Shown here one piece after another: positions 1-8,700 of a DNA stretch of 24,486 bases (the first letter of the stretch is position 1; every line of letters starts with the position of its first letter). Below the pieces are notes generated by a model that was not told the DNA's origin, did no database searches, and saw only the letters and a list, made by a program, of their open reading frames with translations. The stretch comes from a virus (lineage: Duplodnaviria > Caudoviricetes): positions 1 to 24,486 of the IMG/VR virus record IMGVR_UViG_3300032318_000262. One strand, given 5' to 3'. The position numbers were made by a program, and so were the translations under genes.

Positions 1-762
1 ATCGTTATCTGCAATTAGTACAACGTTTGTGAAGTACTTTTCTAACAATCTAATTTGAGAATTAGATACATTAGCACCCAGAGTAGCAACTGCTGGGAAA
101 CCTACTTGGTCTAGTCGGATAGCATCAAAAGATGATTCAACTACATATACTGTACCAGATGATTTAATTCTGTGCAGGTTAAATAATATTTTACCCTTTG
201 GTAATCCTGGTGTATTTTTAAAATCTTTACCTTCAATTGTTCTTGCAACAAAACCAAGACACATGCCATCTGGTGAATGCATAGGTATAGTTATTGAGTC
301 TTGTTTTTCTGAATAGCCAAGTGAAAACTTTGTAAATGAAGAACTGTTAATCTTTCTATACTTAAGATAATTCTTAGGCTTTTCATCTGCAAGTAATTGG
401 TTATGCAAACGCTTTAATATTAATTCATCATATGGAGTAAACTCTGGTGGGGCAACCAATGTTTTATTAACTAATCTTTCAATATCGTGCTCTGTCTCTT
501 TACTTTTAATATAGCGAACTGCTTCAAAATATGTTCGTCCAGACATATGCATTATTAATTCTTCTAGGTTCTTTGTTGTCTGGCAACCAAAGCAAAAGAA
601 TAATCCACTATCTTTTGCAACTTCACCAGCAGGTGTTCTATTATTGTTGTGATATGGACAAAAGATTATAAAGTCATTACCAAACTCTGCCTCAATATCA
701 ACTCCAGAGCCAACAAGAACACGCTTAATCTGTTCTTGTGTATAGATATTACTTGTCTTCAT
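1..762 (-). CDS. dnaG: DnaG-like DNA primase (3' end truncated by window edge)
   Basis: Not in the ORF track; translated by hand from ATG at 762: MKTSNIYTQEQIKRVL...FCPYHNNNRTPAG...LFFCFGCQ (CHC2-type Zn finger)...YVVESSFDAI...VATLG...VVLIADND (TOPRIM E and DxD motifs). Overlaps the helicase stop by 14 nt. Confidence 0.93.
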   Translation of the reverse strand, partial: MKTSNIYTQEQIKRVLVGSGVDIEAEFGNDFIIFCPYHNNNRTPAGEVAKDSGLFFCFGCQTTKNLEELIMHMSGRTYFEAVRYIKSKETEHDIERLVNKTLVAPPEFTPYDELILKRLHNQLLADEKPKNYLKYRKINSSSFTKFSLGYSEKQDSITIPMHSPDGMCLGFVARTIEGKDFKNTPGLPKGKILFNLHRIKSSGTVYVVESSFDAIRLDQVGFPAVATLGANVSNSQIRLLEKYFTNVVLIADND

Positions 763-1969
763 AGTCTTTATACCTGTAGTAACCCCTGTCAAAGTCTACC
801 TGAACCAAGAAGTCTCCCATAAACCCATTACGATTCTTGCGGAATACACATTCAATAATATCACTATTGGTTGCACGACCAAGTGCCATAACCCAGTCAG
901 CATCATAAGCAATTTGTCTAGACCAAGCAGTTTGTCCAAGTGTTGGAGGACTTGATAGATCTTTTACATCATCTGGTGTTGCAGATGAGATAGCGATAAT
1001 AGGTACTTCTTCACCAATAGACATTAGTTTAAGTTCTCTTGAAAGGTTCTTCATTCGTACCGTTTCAGAATCAGCCTTTTGGTTTGGAGACATAAGTTGC
1101 AAATAGTCAACAACTACAAAGTCTGGACGGTACTGATCAATCTTTCCACGAATAACAGAAGGAGTTACTTCTCCACCACTATCATTTGAGATAATATGAA
1201 ACTCTGGACGACCAGCAACCTTATCAGAATGCCACGTCTTAAGCATATCAAGTTCAACTTCGCCATTAGATAATTTTCTGTGTGACCAAAGACCTTCACC
1301 CATAATTGCAAAAATACGATTACGAACTTCTGTTTCAGACATTTCAAGAGAAATAATAAGCGGTGACTTGCCCTGTTTCCATGCTTGAACTGCAAAGTAT
1401 AAAGCCATCCAAGACTTACCGATTCCTGGATAAGCAAGGAATACCCCCAACTGTCCTGGCATAATTCCAGATGGTAAGTAGTTATCAAATCCTGGAAGGT
1501 TTGTCTTAATTCCTAATTGGCCATTTTCCTTTTGTTTCTGAACCATTTCAAAATATGCAACGGCAGAATCAAGATCTGTTGCATCAATATCACGAATAGC
1601 AGATGTATTCTTTTTTAACTCAGAAGTCTTTGTAATTAAATGTTCAAGGGCTTCTCCGCCATTACCGCTTTGAACTTCTCCTGCAGCATTACGCAAAATG
1701 TCTTTTAGGCTATCATTAAGATATTCAGTTTGTAATTCTGCAAGGTGGTGTTTTGTTGATCCAATTCCAGCAACAGGCTCAAAGTCTCTAAACTTTTCTG
1801 TAACTAAATCTGCTGGTGGCAGGCATTGACTGTTCTCAGAATACAGACGAATAAAGTTCCAAACATCGTTATGTGTTCTTAATAGTGTTTCAACATTTGC
1901 TTGAAGTAGTACGTGAATTTGTTTATCTTGTAATACTGCAGAGATTAACTTTGCTTCTGTATTATTCAC
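749..1969 (-). CDS. dnaB: DnaB-like replicative helicase
   Basis: SF4 motifs: Walker A AYPGIGKS, ISLEMS, Walker B VVVDYLQLM, Arg-finger region RKNRNG; adjacent to primase. Confidence 0.95.
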   Translation of the reverse strand: MNNTEAKLISAVLQDKQIHVLLQANVETLLRTHNDVWNFIRLYSENSQCLPPADLVTEKFRDFEPVAGIGSTKHHLAELQTEYLNDSLKDILRNAAGEVQSGNGGEALEHLITKTSELKKNTSAIRDIDATDLDSAVAYFEMVQKQKENGQLGIKTNLPGFDNYLPSGIMPGQLGVFLAYPGIGKSWMALYFAVQAWKQGKSPLIISLEMSETEVRNRIFAIMGEGLWSHRKLSNGEVELDMLKTWHSDKVAGRPEFHIISNDSGGEVTPSVIRGKIDQYRPDFVVVDYLQLMSPNQKADSETVRMKNLSRELKLMSIGEEVPIIAISSATPDDVKDLSSPPTLGQTAWSRQIAYDADWVMALGRATNSDIIECVFRKNRNGFMGDFLVQVDFDRGYYRYKDYEDK

Positions 1970-2270
1970 TTAACCACTCCTTTGCTAATTTCCTACGTTC
2001 TTGACGTTCTTTTTTGTCTTGCTCTACTTCGGCTTTACCATTAATAATTTTTTCTGCATTGTATGCAAAGTAATTCCATGAGGGGTCTTGTGCAATACTG
2101 AAGTAGTATTCAAGAATATCATAGCACTGAGCAATACCATATGATTCTACAAGGGCATCAGCAGCCCACTGTTCAACGTTTAGGTTCATGTTAGACTTCT
2201 GCTCATACCGTTGCAAGTAAAACTTGTTAAACCTACTGAGCAAAGCCATTCGGTCTTTGCGCTCAGCCAT
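1962..2270 (-). CDS. hypothetical protein, possible helicase loader/replication accessory
   Basis: 102-aa helical ORF overlapping the helicase start by 8 nt and coupled to the upstream gene (TAATG). Function inferred from position only. Confidence 0.7.
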   Translation of the reverse strand: MAERKDRMALLSRFNKFYLQRYEQKSNMNLNVEQWAADALVESYGIAQCYDILEYYFSIAQDPSWNYFAYNAEKIINGKAEVEQDKKERQERRKLAKEWLSE

Positions 2271-2476
2271 TAATCCGAGATTTCAGATTTTGCTTCTTGA
2301 ATTTTTTCTGTAAGTTTATCTTCCACAAACTTATAGACACGACCAAAAGCCTCATCTATATTTTCTCCATCACGCTTTGAATCTACAATACCTAAATCAA
2401 GGCGTAGTGATTGAAAATTTCCTAAATTAAGTGTATATCCAAGTGTTACAGATACCTTTGTATTATCGTTTTCCAT
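2270..2476 (-). CDS. small hypothetical phage protein (TLNLGNFQSLRLD motif)
   Basis: Likely start is ATG at 2476 (MENDNTK, 68 aa), preceded by GGGTGG; the track start at 2491 is a TTG. In operon context. Confidence 0.75.
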   Translation of the reverse strand: MENDNTKVSVTLGYTLNLGNFQSLRLDLGIVDSKRDGENIDEAFGRVYKFVEDKLTEKIQEAKSEISD

Positions 2477-2494
2477 TATCCACCCATTCAATAA

Positions 2495-3037
2495 TTAAAT
2501 AGACTCACTCCACACTGGAATGTATCGCCCATCTTCTGTCTTCGTATATGTAAGTATACCGTCTCCCATTCGCCTTGTCAACTCTTGGCTTGTAGGAGTC
2601 ATGTTATTTGTTATTAATTTATCTTTTCTTGGTTGTCCAATATGTATAGTTGCAAGTATAGCACAAATCTCTTTAACGTGGTCTTCTGAATAATAAGATC
2701 TAATTTGCCATCCCGTTTTTCCATCAATGCTTGATCCAACTGGAGGAGGTATGACTCCTCGTTTTATTAATCTTGGCATATACTTTCTATGACGATTAAC
2801 TAACTTAGCAGTCTCTGCAACAGTATATGCTTTCTTTCTATTTCTTCTAAAGTCAGAACGTAAACAAGTTTCTAATCTATCCTTGTTAATATTATAAACA
2901 GTTACCATTCCTGTTGATCTAGAACTATGATGAAGTCTTACCAAGTCTCCATTAAGAAACCATATTTTTTTACCGCCAGGAATTACAGGTTCGCTATTAT
3001 ATGCTTCGCTCTGAATTTTTCCTTTTGCAGTAACCAT
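2495..3037 (-). CDS. MerR-like (winged) HTH DNA-binding protein
   Basis: AYTVAETAKLVNRHRKYMPRLIKRGVIPPP...SYYSEDHVKEI fits the MerR/Xis/BldC-type wHTH pattern; RBS GGAGGG at 3041-3046. Confidence 0.75.
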   Translation of the reverse strand: MVTAKGKIQSEAYNSEPVIPGGKKIWFLNGDLVRLHHSSRSTGMVTVYNINKDRLETCLRSDFRRNRKKAYTVAETAKLVNRHRKYMPRLIKRGVIPPPVGSSIDGKTGWQIRSYYSEDHVKEICAILATIHIGQPRKDKLITNNMTPTSQELTRRMGDGILTYTKTEDGRYIPVWSESI

Positions 3038-3171
3038 TTTCCCTCCACAGATTCGCTAGGTGGATGATAAAATTTTCTATTTCCACACTTGACACAATAT
3101 GTTTCTAAGTGATCTATGTTTGAATGTATCCTATCAACAAACATTTTTCCTTCGCATCTTTTACATCGCAT
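2983..3171 (-). CDS. small Zn-ribbon protein
   Basis: ATG at 3171, 1 nt after the upstream TAG, gives the 62-aa MRCKRCEG...YCVKCGNR (CxxC...CxxC). The track's longer start at 3234 lies inside the upstream gene. Confidence 0.75.
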   Translation of the reverse strand: MRCKRCEGKMFVDRIHSNIDHLETYCVKCGNRKFYHPPSESVEGKWLLQKEKFRAKHIIANL

Positions 3172-3172
3172 A

Positions 3173-3613
3173 CTAGTTTGGTACACCAATTGCAATAACA
3201 TTAACAGCAACTGATGCTGTTCCAGAAGTACCAAACTTTACAATAAATTGAACTTCTGAAGTTGTTATAGACGTTATTACAACGCTTGTATTTGATCCAG
3301 CAGTTGTACCGCTTATGTTTACAATTGATGCCGTAGCAATTGGGGGAAATTTAAAGTTAGAAAATGTTACAGAGTAAGTTTTTTCTTGCCCAGCAGTTAC
3401 TGTTTCGTTGTTTGCAATTGACTTATATTTTCCAACAAATTTTGTATCTGAAGTCTTTAGACTTTTCTTTTCTGCTCCAACTACGTCAACATCCGTATAG
3501 TTATAAGTTGCATCAGAAATAGATGTAGAGAGGTCATTAACAGCCTCTGCTAATTGATAAATATACGTAACATCAAGAGGTTGTCCTCTTTCTGGTAGTG
3601 GTACTTTTGCCAT
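3173..3613 (-). CDS. putative minor tail/fibre protein with C-terminal beta-sandwich (gp53-like/H-type-lectin-like)
   Basis: Strong RBS AGGAGG at 3620-3625; VTFSNFKFPP...VVITSITTS...VNVIAIG pattern is typical of fibre C-terminal domains. Confidence 0.6.
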   Translation of the reverse strand: MAKVPLPERGQPLDVTYIYQLAEAVNDLSTSISDATYNYTDVDVVGAEKKSLKTSDTKFVGKYKSIANNETVTAGQEKTYSVTFSNFKFPPIATASIVNISGTTAGSNTSVVITSITTSEVQFIVKFGTSGTASVAVNVIAIGVPN

Positions 3614-3630
3614 TTTATTCCTCCTATTAT

Positions 3631-3660
3631 ATTATATCAAAGACACTGTGCCAGAGTCAA
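3631..3660 (-). promoter_or_regulatory. housekeeping-sigma promoter: TTGACT-N18-TATAAT with extended TG
   Basis: Minus strand TTGACT (3655-3660), 18-nt spacer ending TGA, TATAAT (3631-3636), then AGGAGG 5 nt later. Confidence 0.7.
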
Positions 3661-4057
3661 AGACATTTAGTGCTGCTTTAATTTCTTTTTTTGATGAAAT
3701 GACTTGAACTTTTACTCTAACCGTTGTAGTTCCAGTTTTTAAAAATGAATATGAATGTACTTTTGATTTTCCATGATAAAAAAAGTTGTTTGAGTCAAAC
3801 TTTACAAAGACATCGTATTCTGGAAAATCATTTTGGTCTCCCCATACGGCTGTAATTACGTCTCCTGTCTTAGATACTGCACCACTTGTTACAACAATAT
3901 CAACGCCATCAGAGTTATATATTGGGGACCAGTGCGACGTTCTGTTTCTATCTTCAGAAATAAGCCTGTATCTTGCATTATATTTTAAAGTATCGTGGTC
4001 AATTGCTGGTAGCGCTGACTTTAAAATTCTTGTTTTTTTAATATTTGCATCAGCCAT
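3632..4057 (-). CDS. putative minor tail protein (beta-rich, Fn3/Ig-like)
   Basis: 141 aa, TAATG-coupled to the upstream tail gene; YNARYRL...SHWSP resembles an Fn3 strand pattern. Confidence 0.55.
   Translation of the reverse strand: MADANIKKTRILKSALPAIDHDTLKYNARYRLISEDRNRTSHWSPIYNSDGVDIVVTSGAVSKTGDVITAVWGDQNDFPEYDVFVKFDSNNFFYHGKSKVHSYSFLKTGTTTVRVKVQVISSKKEIKAALNVFDSGTVSLI
3637..3665. repeat. 9-bp direct repeat TGTCTTTGA (minus strand), 20-bp period
   Basis: tcaaagaca at 3637-3645 and 3657-3665. Confidence 0.85.
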
Positions 4058-5211
4058 TATGTTACACCAATAGAAAATCTAAATTCAATATAATTGCTTG
4101 TATTTGGTGACTTAATGATAGTTGCAGAAGTGTCATTTTTAATAACAGAATAACCAGTCAAACCGTAAAGTGGATTTGTTGTTGCAATATTTTCAAGTCT
4201 TAATGCATCTAGCGCAATATAATAATCAGATGAAGGAAGTGGTCCTCCGCTAATCCCAGTATCAATAACGCAAGCATAAATCTTAACAACGGTAACTGCT
4301 TCCCATGTAAAGTTTTGGGTTGTATAAAGTTCTTGTAGTTGTTTTTTTACTACAAAGTATCTATTTGTTGCAAAATCATATCCATCAAAACCATTTTCAA
4401 TGTCAACTTCAAACCTTGCATAAACATCTGGATCTGCAACATCTGTACCTGCAAAATCAATTAATATTCTAATTGTGTCTGGAACTGTTACAGAGTCACC
4501 ATCTTTATTTACTAAAGAAAATGCAAACCTTAATTCATCTGTTGGAGAGTTTTTAGAAAAATCAACATTTGGTGCAGTTAAGTGTATATGGTTTGACCCA
4601 TCCTCAATAACAATATTATCAACTCCGCCAGAACCACCACCATCTAAGGTTAGATCTGAATCATCTCCTTGAATTAATATTGTGTTATTTAAAAACCTTG
4701 CACGTTCATATCTTTCAAGACGATTTGTTTTATAGAAGATGGCATTATCTGCATTTGTTTGAAACACACCATCTGTTGCAATAACATTATCATCTTCTGG
4801 ATCATCTAAGGGTGAAGATATTGTTGGTATTGCTGTGGCTGCAGAAGCGGTATGATGAACCCAAGACTCTCCCTGTGCAAAAGAAAAGACAGTCTTACTA
4901 TCGTTGGCACCAGCAGATGGGTTTGATCCTGCAGAGTATAGCCCTACCTCTGTTATTTCATACCTTTCTTCTGTTGGTAGTTCTGCGGTAAGAACAATCT
5001 TATCAATACCGTTTTCATTTATAAATCCTCTAGAAGAAATGGGAACTCTAAACATTTCAAAATCTAGGTTTGTTTTTGTTGCAAAATCGTCTGCAACGTC
5101 TTCTGTTTGTAATGGTTGTGGTCCACAGCCAATTGCAAGATATGAGGCATAGGCAGGTGCCTGACCAAGCATATATTTTCCAATTATGCTCTTACCCTTA
5201 TTAGTTATCAT
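4057..5211 (-). CDS. minor tail/baseplate protein with tail-collar (DUF3751-like) N-terminus
   Basis: MITNKG...YLAIGCG...FEMFRVPI...LTAELP...ITEVGLY matches the pattern of tail-collar/fibre-attachment domains; located in the tail-tip operon. Confidence 0.65.
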   Translation of the reverse strand: MITNKGKSIIGKYMLGQAPAYASYLAIGCGPQPLQTEDVADDFATKTNLDFEMFRVPISSRGFINENGIDKIVLTAELPTEERYEITEVGLYSAGSNPSAGANDSKTVFSFAQGESWVHHTASAATAIPTISSPLDDPEDDNVIATDGVFQTNADNAIFYKTNRLERYERARFLNNTILIQGDDSDLTLDGGGSGGVDNIVIEDGSNHIHLTAPNVDFSKNSPTDELRFAFSLVNKDGDSVTVPDTIRILIDFAGTDVADPDVYARFEVDIENGFDGYDFATNRYFVVKKQLQELYTTQNFTWEAVTVVKIYACVIDTGISGGPLPSSDYYIALDALRLENIATTNPLYGLTGYSVIKNDTSATIIKSPNTSNYIEFRFSIGVT

Positions 5212-5711
5212 GACGTGGTTGCTCCAAAGTTCGCTTCATATATTGTACCATTTATGGCGATTTGAATCTCTATTTGTTCATCATTATTCATATTAATAGT
5301 CTCAATAATTAAATCACCAGTTTCTTCTTCAATATAAACATTTTCACCATTAGGACCATTTCCTTCAAGAGGGACCTTTTCTTCAAACTTAATTGAAAAG
5401 TTAGCAAAATAGGTATCAGAAGTTGCCTGTAATCTTAAAATATTATTTGGGTTGTATCTTTGCTGAACTAAGCCAAGATTTTTAATTGGAGAGTAAGAAA
5501 CGCTTTGACCATTTATAATATCATTTCTAGAAACACTTAGCAACTCATGGCCACCAATATCTTCAAATATTAAGTCTGTCATAATTTCTACGGACATAGA
5601 CTCATCATCAAAAAGAACAGTATCTATTGGTGCTGTTTTAGTTGGTGCGGGAGAATATGCTGTAACAACTGTTGCATTTGACGGGGTTTGTGGGACTGGA
5701 GATACTGTCAT
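5208..5711 (-). CDS. putative minor tail protein
   Basis: Likely start is ATG at 5711, with GAGGT 5 nt upstream (track uses GTG 5723); acidic; lies between the hub and collar-like genes. Confidence 0.6.
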   Translation of the reverse strand: MTVSPVPQTPSNATVVTAYSPAPTKTAPIDTVLFDDESMSVEIMTDLIFEDIGGHELLSVSRNDIINGQSVSYSPIKNLGLVQQRYNPNNILRLQATSDTYFANFSIKFEEKVPLEGNGPNGENVYIEEETGDLIIETINMNNDEQIEIQIAINGTIYEANFGATTS

Positions 5712-5712
5712 T

Positions 5713-8700
5713 TTATACCTCACTCAAATAAATTGTCATGCCTGGGCCACTTTCTGATCTTTGATATTCTATATTATAAACTACAAACCTAGAAGAATCT
5801 TTAGAAACTAACTCTAGACCAGATGAATCTTTATAGTCTATAGTTACAATGTCGCCAAGTTGTAATGTTGGAATGCTAAATATGTTCATGCCAACAGATT
5901 TTTTAGGTACCATTAATTTATTAATAATCCAGTTCATCATTGCATCTGCATCATCTTGTGTCTGTATATACGGACTATCAATACTAAATTCATTCTTACC
6001 GTATGTCAATCTACTTAACTTTATTTCATCGTACTTTGATTTTTCAACCAGGGTAGAATAAGTTGATGTGTTTCCAAGTAGTTCTGGATCAGATAGGTTG
6101 CCACGCTTCTTGAAGAATTCATCTACAGTTAGTTCATGCGTTGTATCTTGTGTAAATGTGACTCCCTGAATTCTTAAAAAATTTCCAGTTGTTTCATCTA
6201 GATTTAATGCTTTATCTGTTGAATTAAATATTAAAAATTCTGCACCGTATGAGTCTGCATAAAATCCAGAGGTTGTGTATCCCTTTATATTATTAAATGT
6301 TGGTGAAAGTTTTGCATAAAGTGCTGGGTATGCACGATCATACCTAATGTCAAAGTATGCACATTCACGCATAATAGATCCAAACTCTTCAAAATAAAGA
6401 TTATACTTTGGTGGCTGTTGAGCACTAATTCCAGATAGGTAGGTTGATTGAACCACACCACTCATTGCGTATTTTCTAAAAGATTCTGTAACGTCAACTT
6501 CTTTATCTCCAAATACCTGACCTAAAGTATCATTAACAGTAAACACTGTATTCTGGCTATAGTTTTTAGATAGGGCATATATATTTTCAAACATACATCT
6601 TGAAGAACCACGAACAAATAGTGCCATATTGTTATATGTTGGGAGTGGATCTGTATCATCTACAATTTTTATTAGTTGATTATTTATATATAGATAGAAT
6701 CTTCTAGTGTTTCCAATGTCTATATATTCTACTGACAAGTCATATACCGTTGAATTTTCTTCTCCTGCAAGTCTTTGCTGTCCAGTAAACTTTCCATCAT
6801 CAACAATAATCTTTGATAGCCCACCCCAAAGTTTTACTGGTATTGCATTTGAGTTTGATGAATCTTTTTTAATTTTATAGAACACAACATTATTTACTGA
6901 GAACTGTGCATTATTATTTTCATCAACCTTTAGGTACGAGTTTATGTTGTCTTCTGTTAATGCAACAATCTCAAAATAATAACCATTGTTTGTTTCTGGA
7001 TTTAATAAAAATGCCAATCCTCCAGAGCCTCCACCTATATTGATATTTTGATCTGGCTGATTTCCAGATAACTGGTAGTATGTAATACTTCCATTTGGAG
7101 ATTGTGTTCTAGTTGTATTATTTTCAATTTTACCAATAATCCTTAGTCTGGTTCCAAAATGTTTATATGCATTATCTAAATCTTTATACACATAAGATAG
7201 AAAATTTAAAGGGGTTTCTGTTGTCTTAAAGGATGGACCATTAAAGACTAAAGCAGATGACTGAATTGTTCCTGTTTGTGTTGATGGCAAATTGTTTACT
7301 TCTGTTTCGCTTAAATAACTTGTAGCCATAAAATTCTTTATAATGCTATTTCTTGTTGATTGTTTTGCAACAGTATTACTTATGCCTGCTGCTGCAACCG
7401 TTGTTGCGGGAACCGTAGATGCAAGATCATCATCTAACTTTGTGCTAAATAAATATTGAGACTGCATATTTAATCCACGAACATTGTCGTTATCTGTCCA
7501 ATAACTATTTATTCCAGCAAAGTGGGGAACTATCTGAGTTCCAAACTGTGCACGTCCATGATCAACAACGGCACCATTTTGCAACCTTGTTAGTCCATCT
7601 ATTGTTTCATAGTTTGGTGTTGCATAAATTCTTACAAGGCCTGTAGGATATATTTTTCCATTAAAAGGTATTGATGAAAAATACTTTTGATACTCTTGAT
7701 TGCTACTAATCCATACTTTTCCAGTTCCAGTAATATCAAATTCTGAAGCGTCATATCTAATAACTTCTCCGTTAGAGTATACGTATCCGTTATACCTTGT
7801 TAGCCAGTATACATTTTCTCCAAGGTCTATTACATTATCTGTAAGAACATTTCCTACTACAACTGGTGGAGTTCCAACTAGGTCTGAGTTTAGTGGCATT
7901 GCTCCCAATACATAACTACCCTGCTTTGAAGCAAGTTCATTTATTGTTTTTGTATTTTCTGTTCCACTAACTTCCCACAAAAGAGATGGCTTATAGATCC
8001 AGGTTTTTTCTTTATCAATCATTGTTGATTGACGGATTGAACCATAAGATCTCTGAATATACCTAGTTGTATAATTAATCTTTCCATCATTGTAAATCTT
8101 TTTATCTTGTGATGCTATAGCAAGAATATTAGGAAGATTTCCAGAACTAGAGTTTTCAACAATACCAGAATCAGTTTGATTATTAGATCCAGATAAAACA
8201 AAATCGGTTTCTCTTTGATCTAATGTTGGCATTAAATAATCTTTACTCATTACTACAAAATTATTATATTCATCAAAAAACATTGCACTCTGAGTTGACA
8301 CTGCTAACTGGTTTAAAACTTCTGCAACGTTTTGATCTGGAGCAACAAAAAAATATGGAATTATTGGATCTGATTCATCTTCCACACGCTTAAATGTATA
8401 GTTGCTAAATCCAATATAATCAAGAAGCATTGATACTGCATAACTAAGTGATGTCTGTGTTGTAAGTAATCTTGGTGCTGGCATTGACTCTAAAAAGAAA
8501 TAAAAATCTCTTAACTCTATTGATAATTTTGCTGCAGTAACATCTGCTTGAGGAAATCCCTCTGAGTATAATGTTTTAATAGGAACAGAATATTCATCAC
8601 CTTCAACATCTAAGATTGATTCATAAAAAACAAACTTAATATTTTTTCTAATATAGTCAGCAACTATGCTTGATGTATTGTTTTCATTGAATGCTTGATC

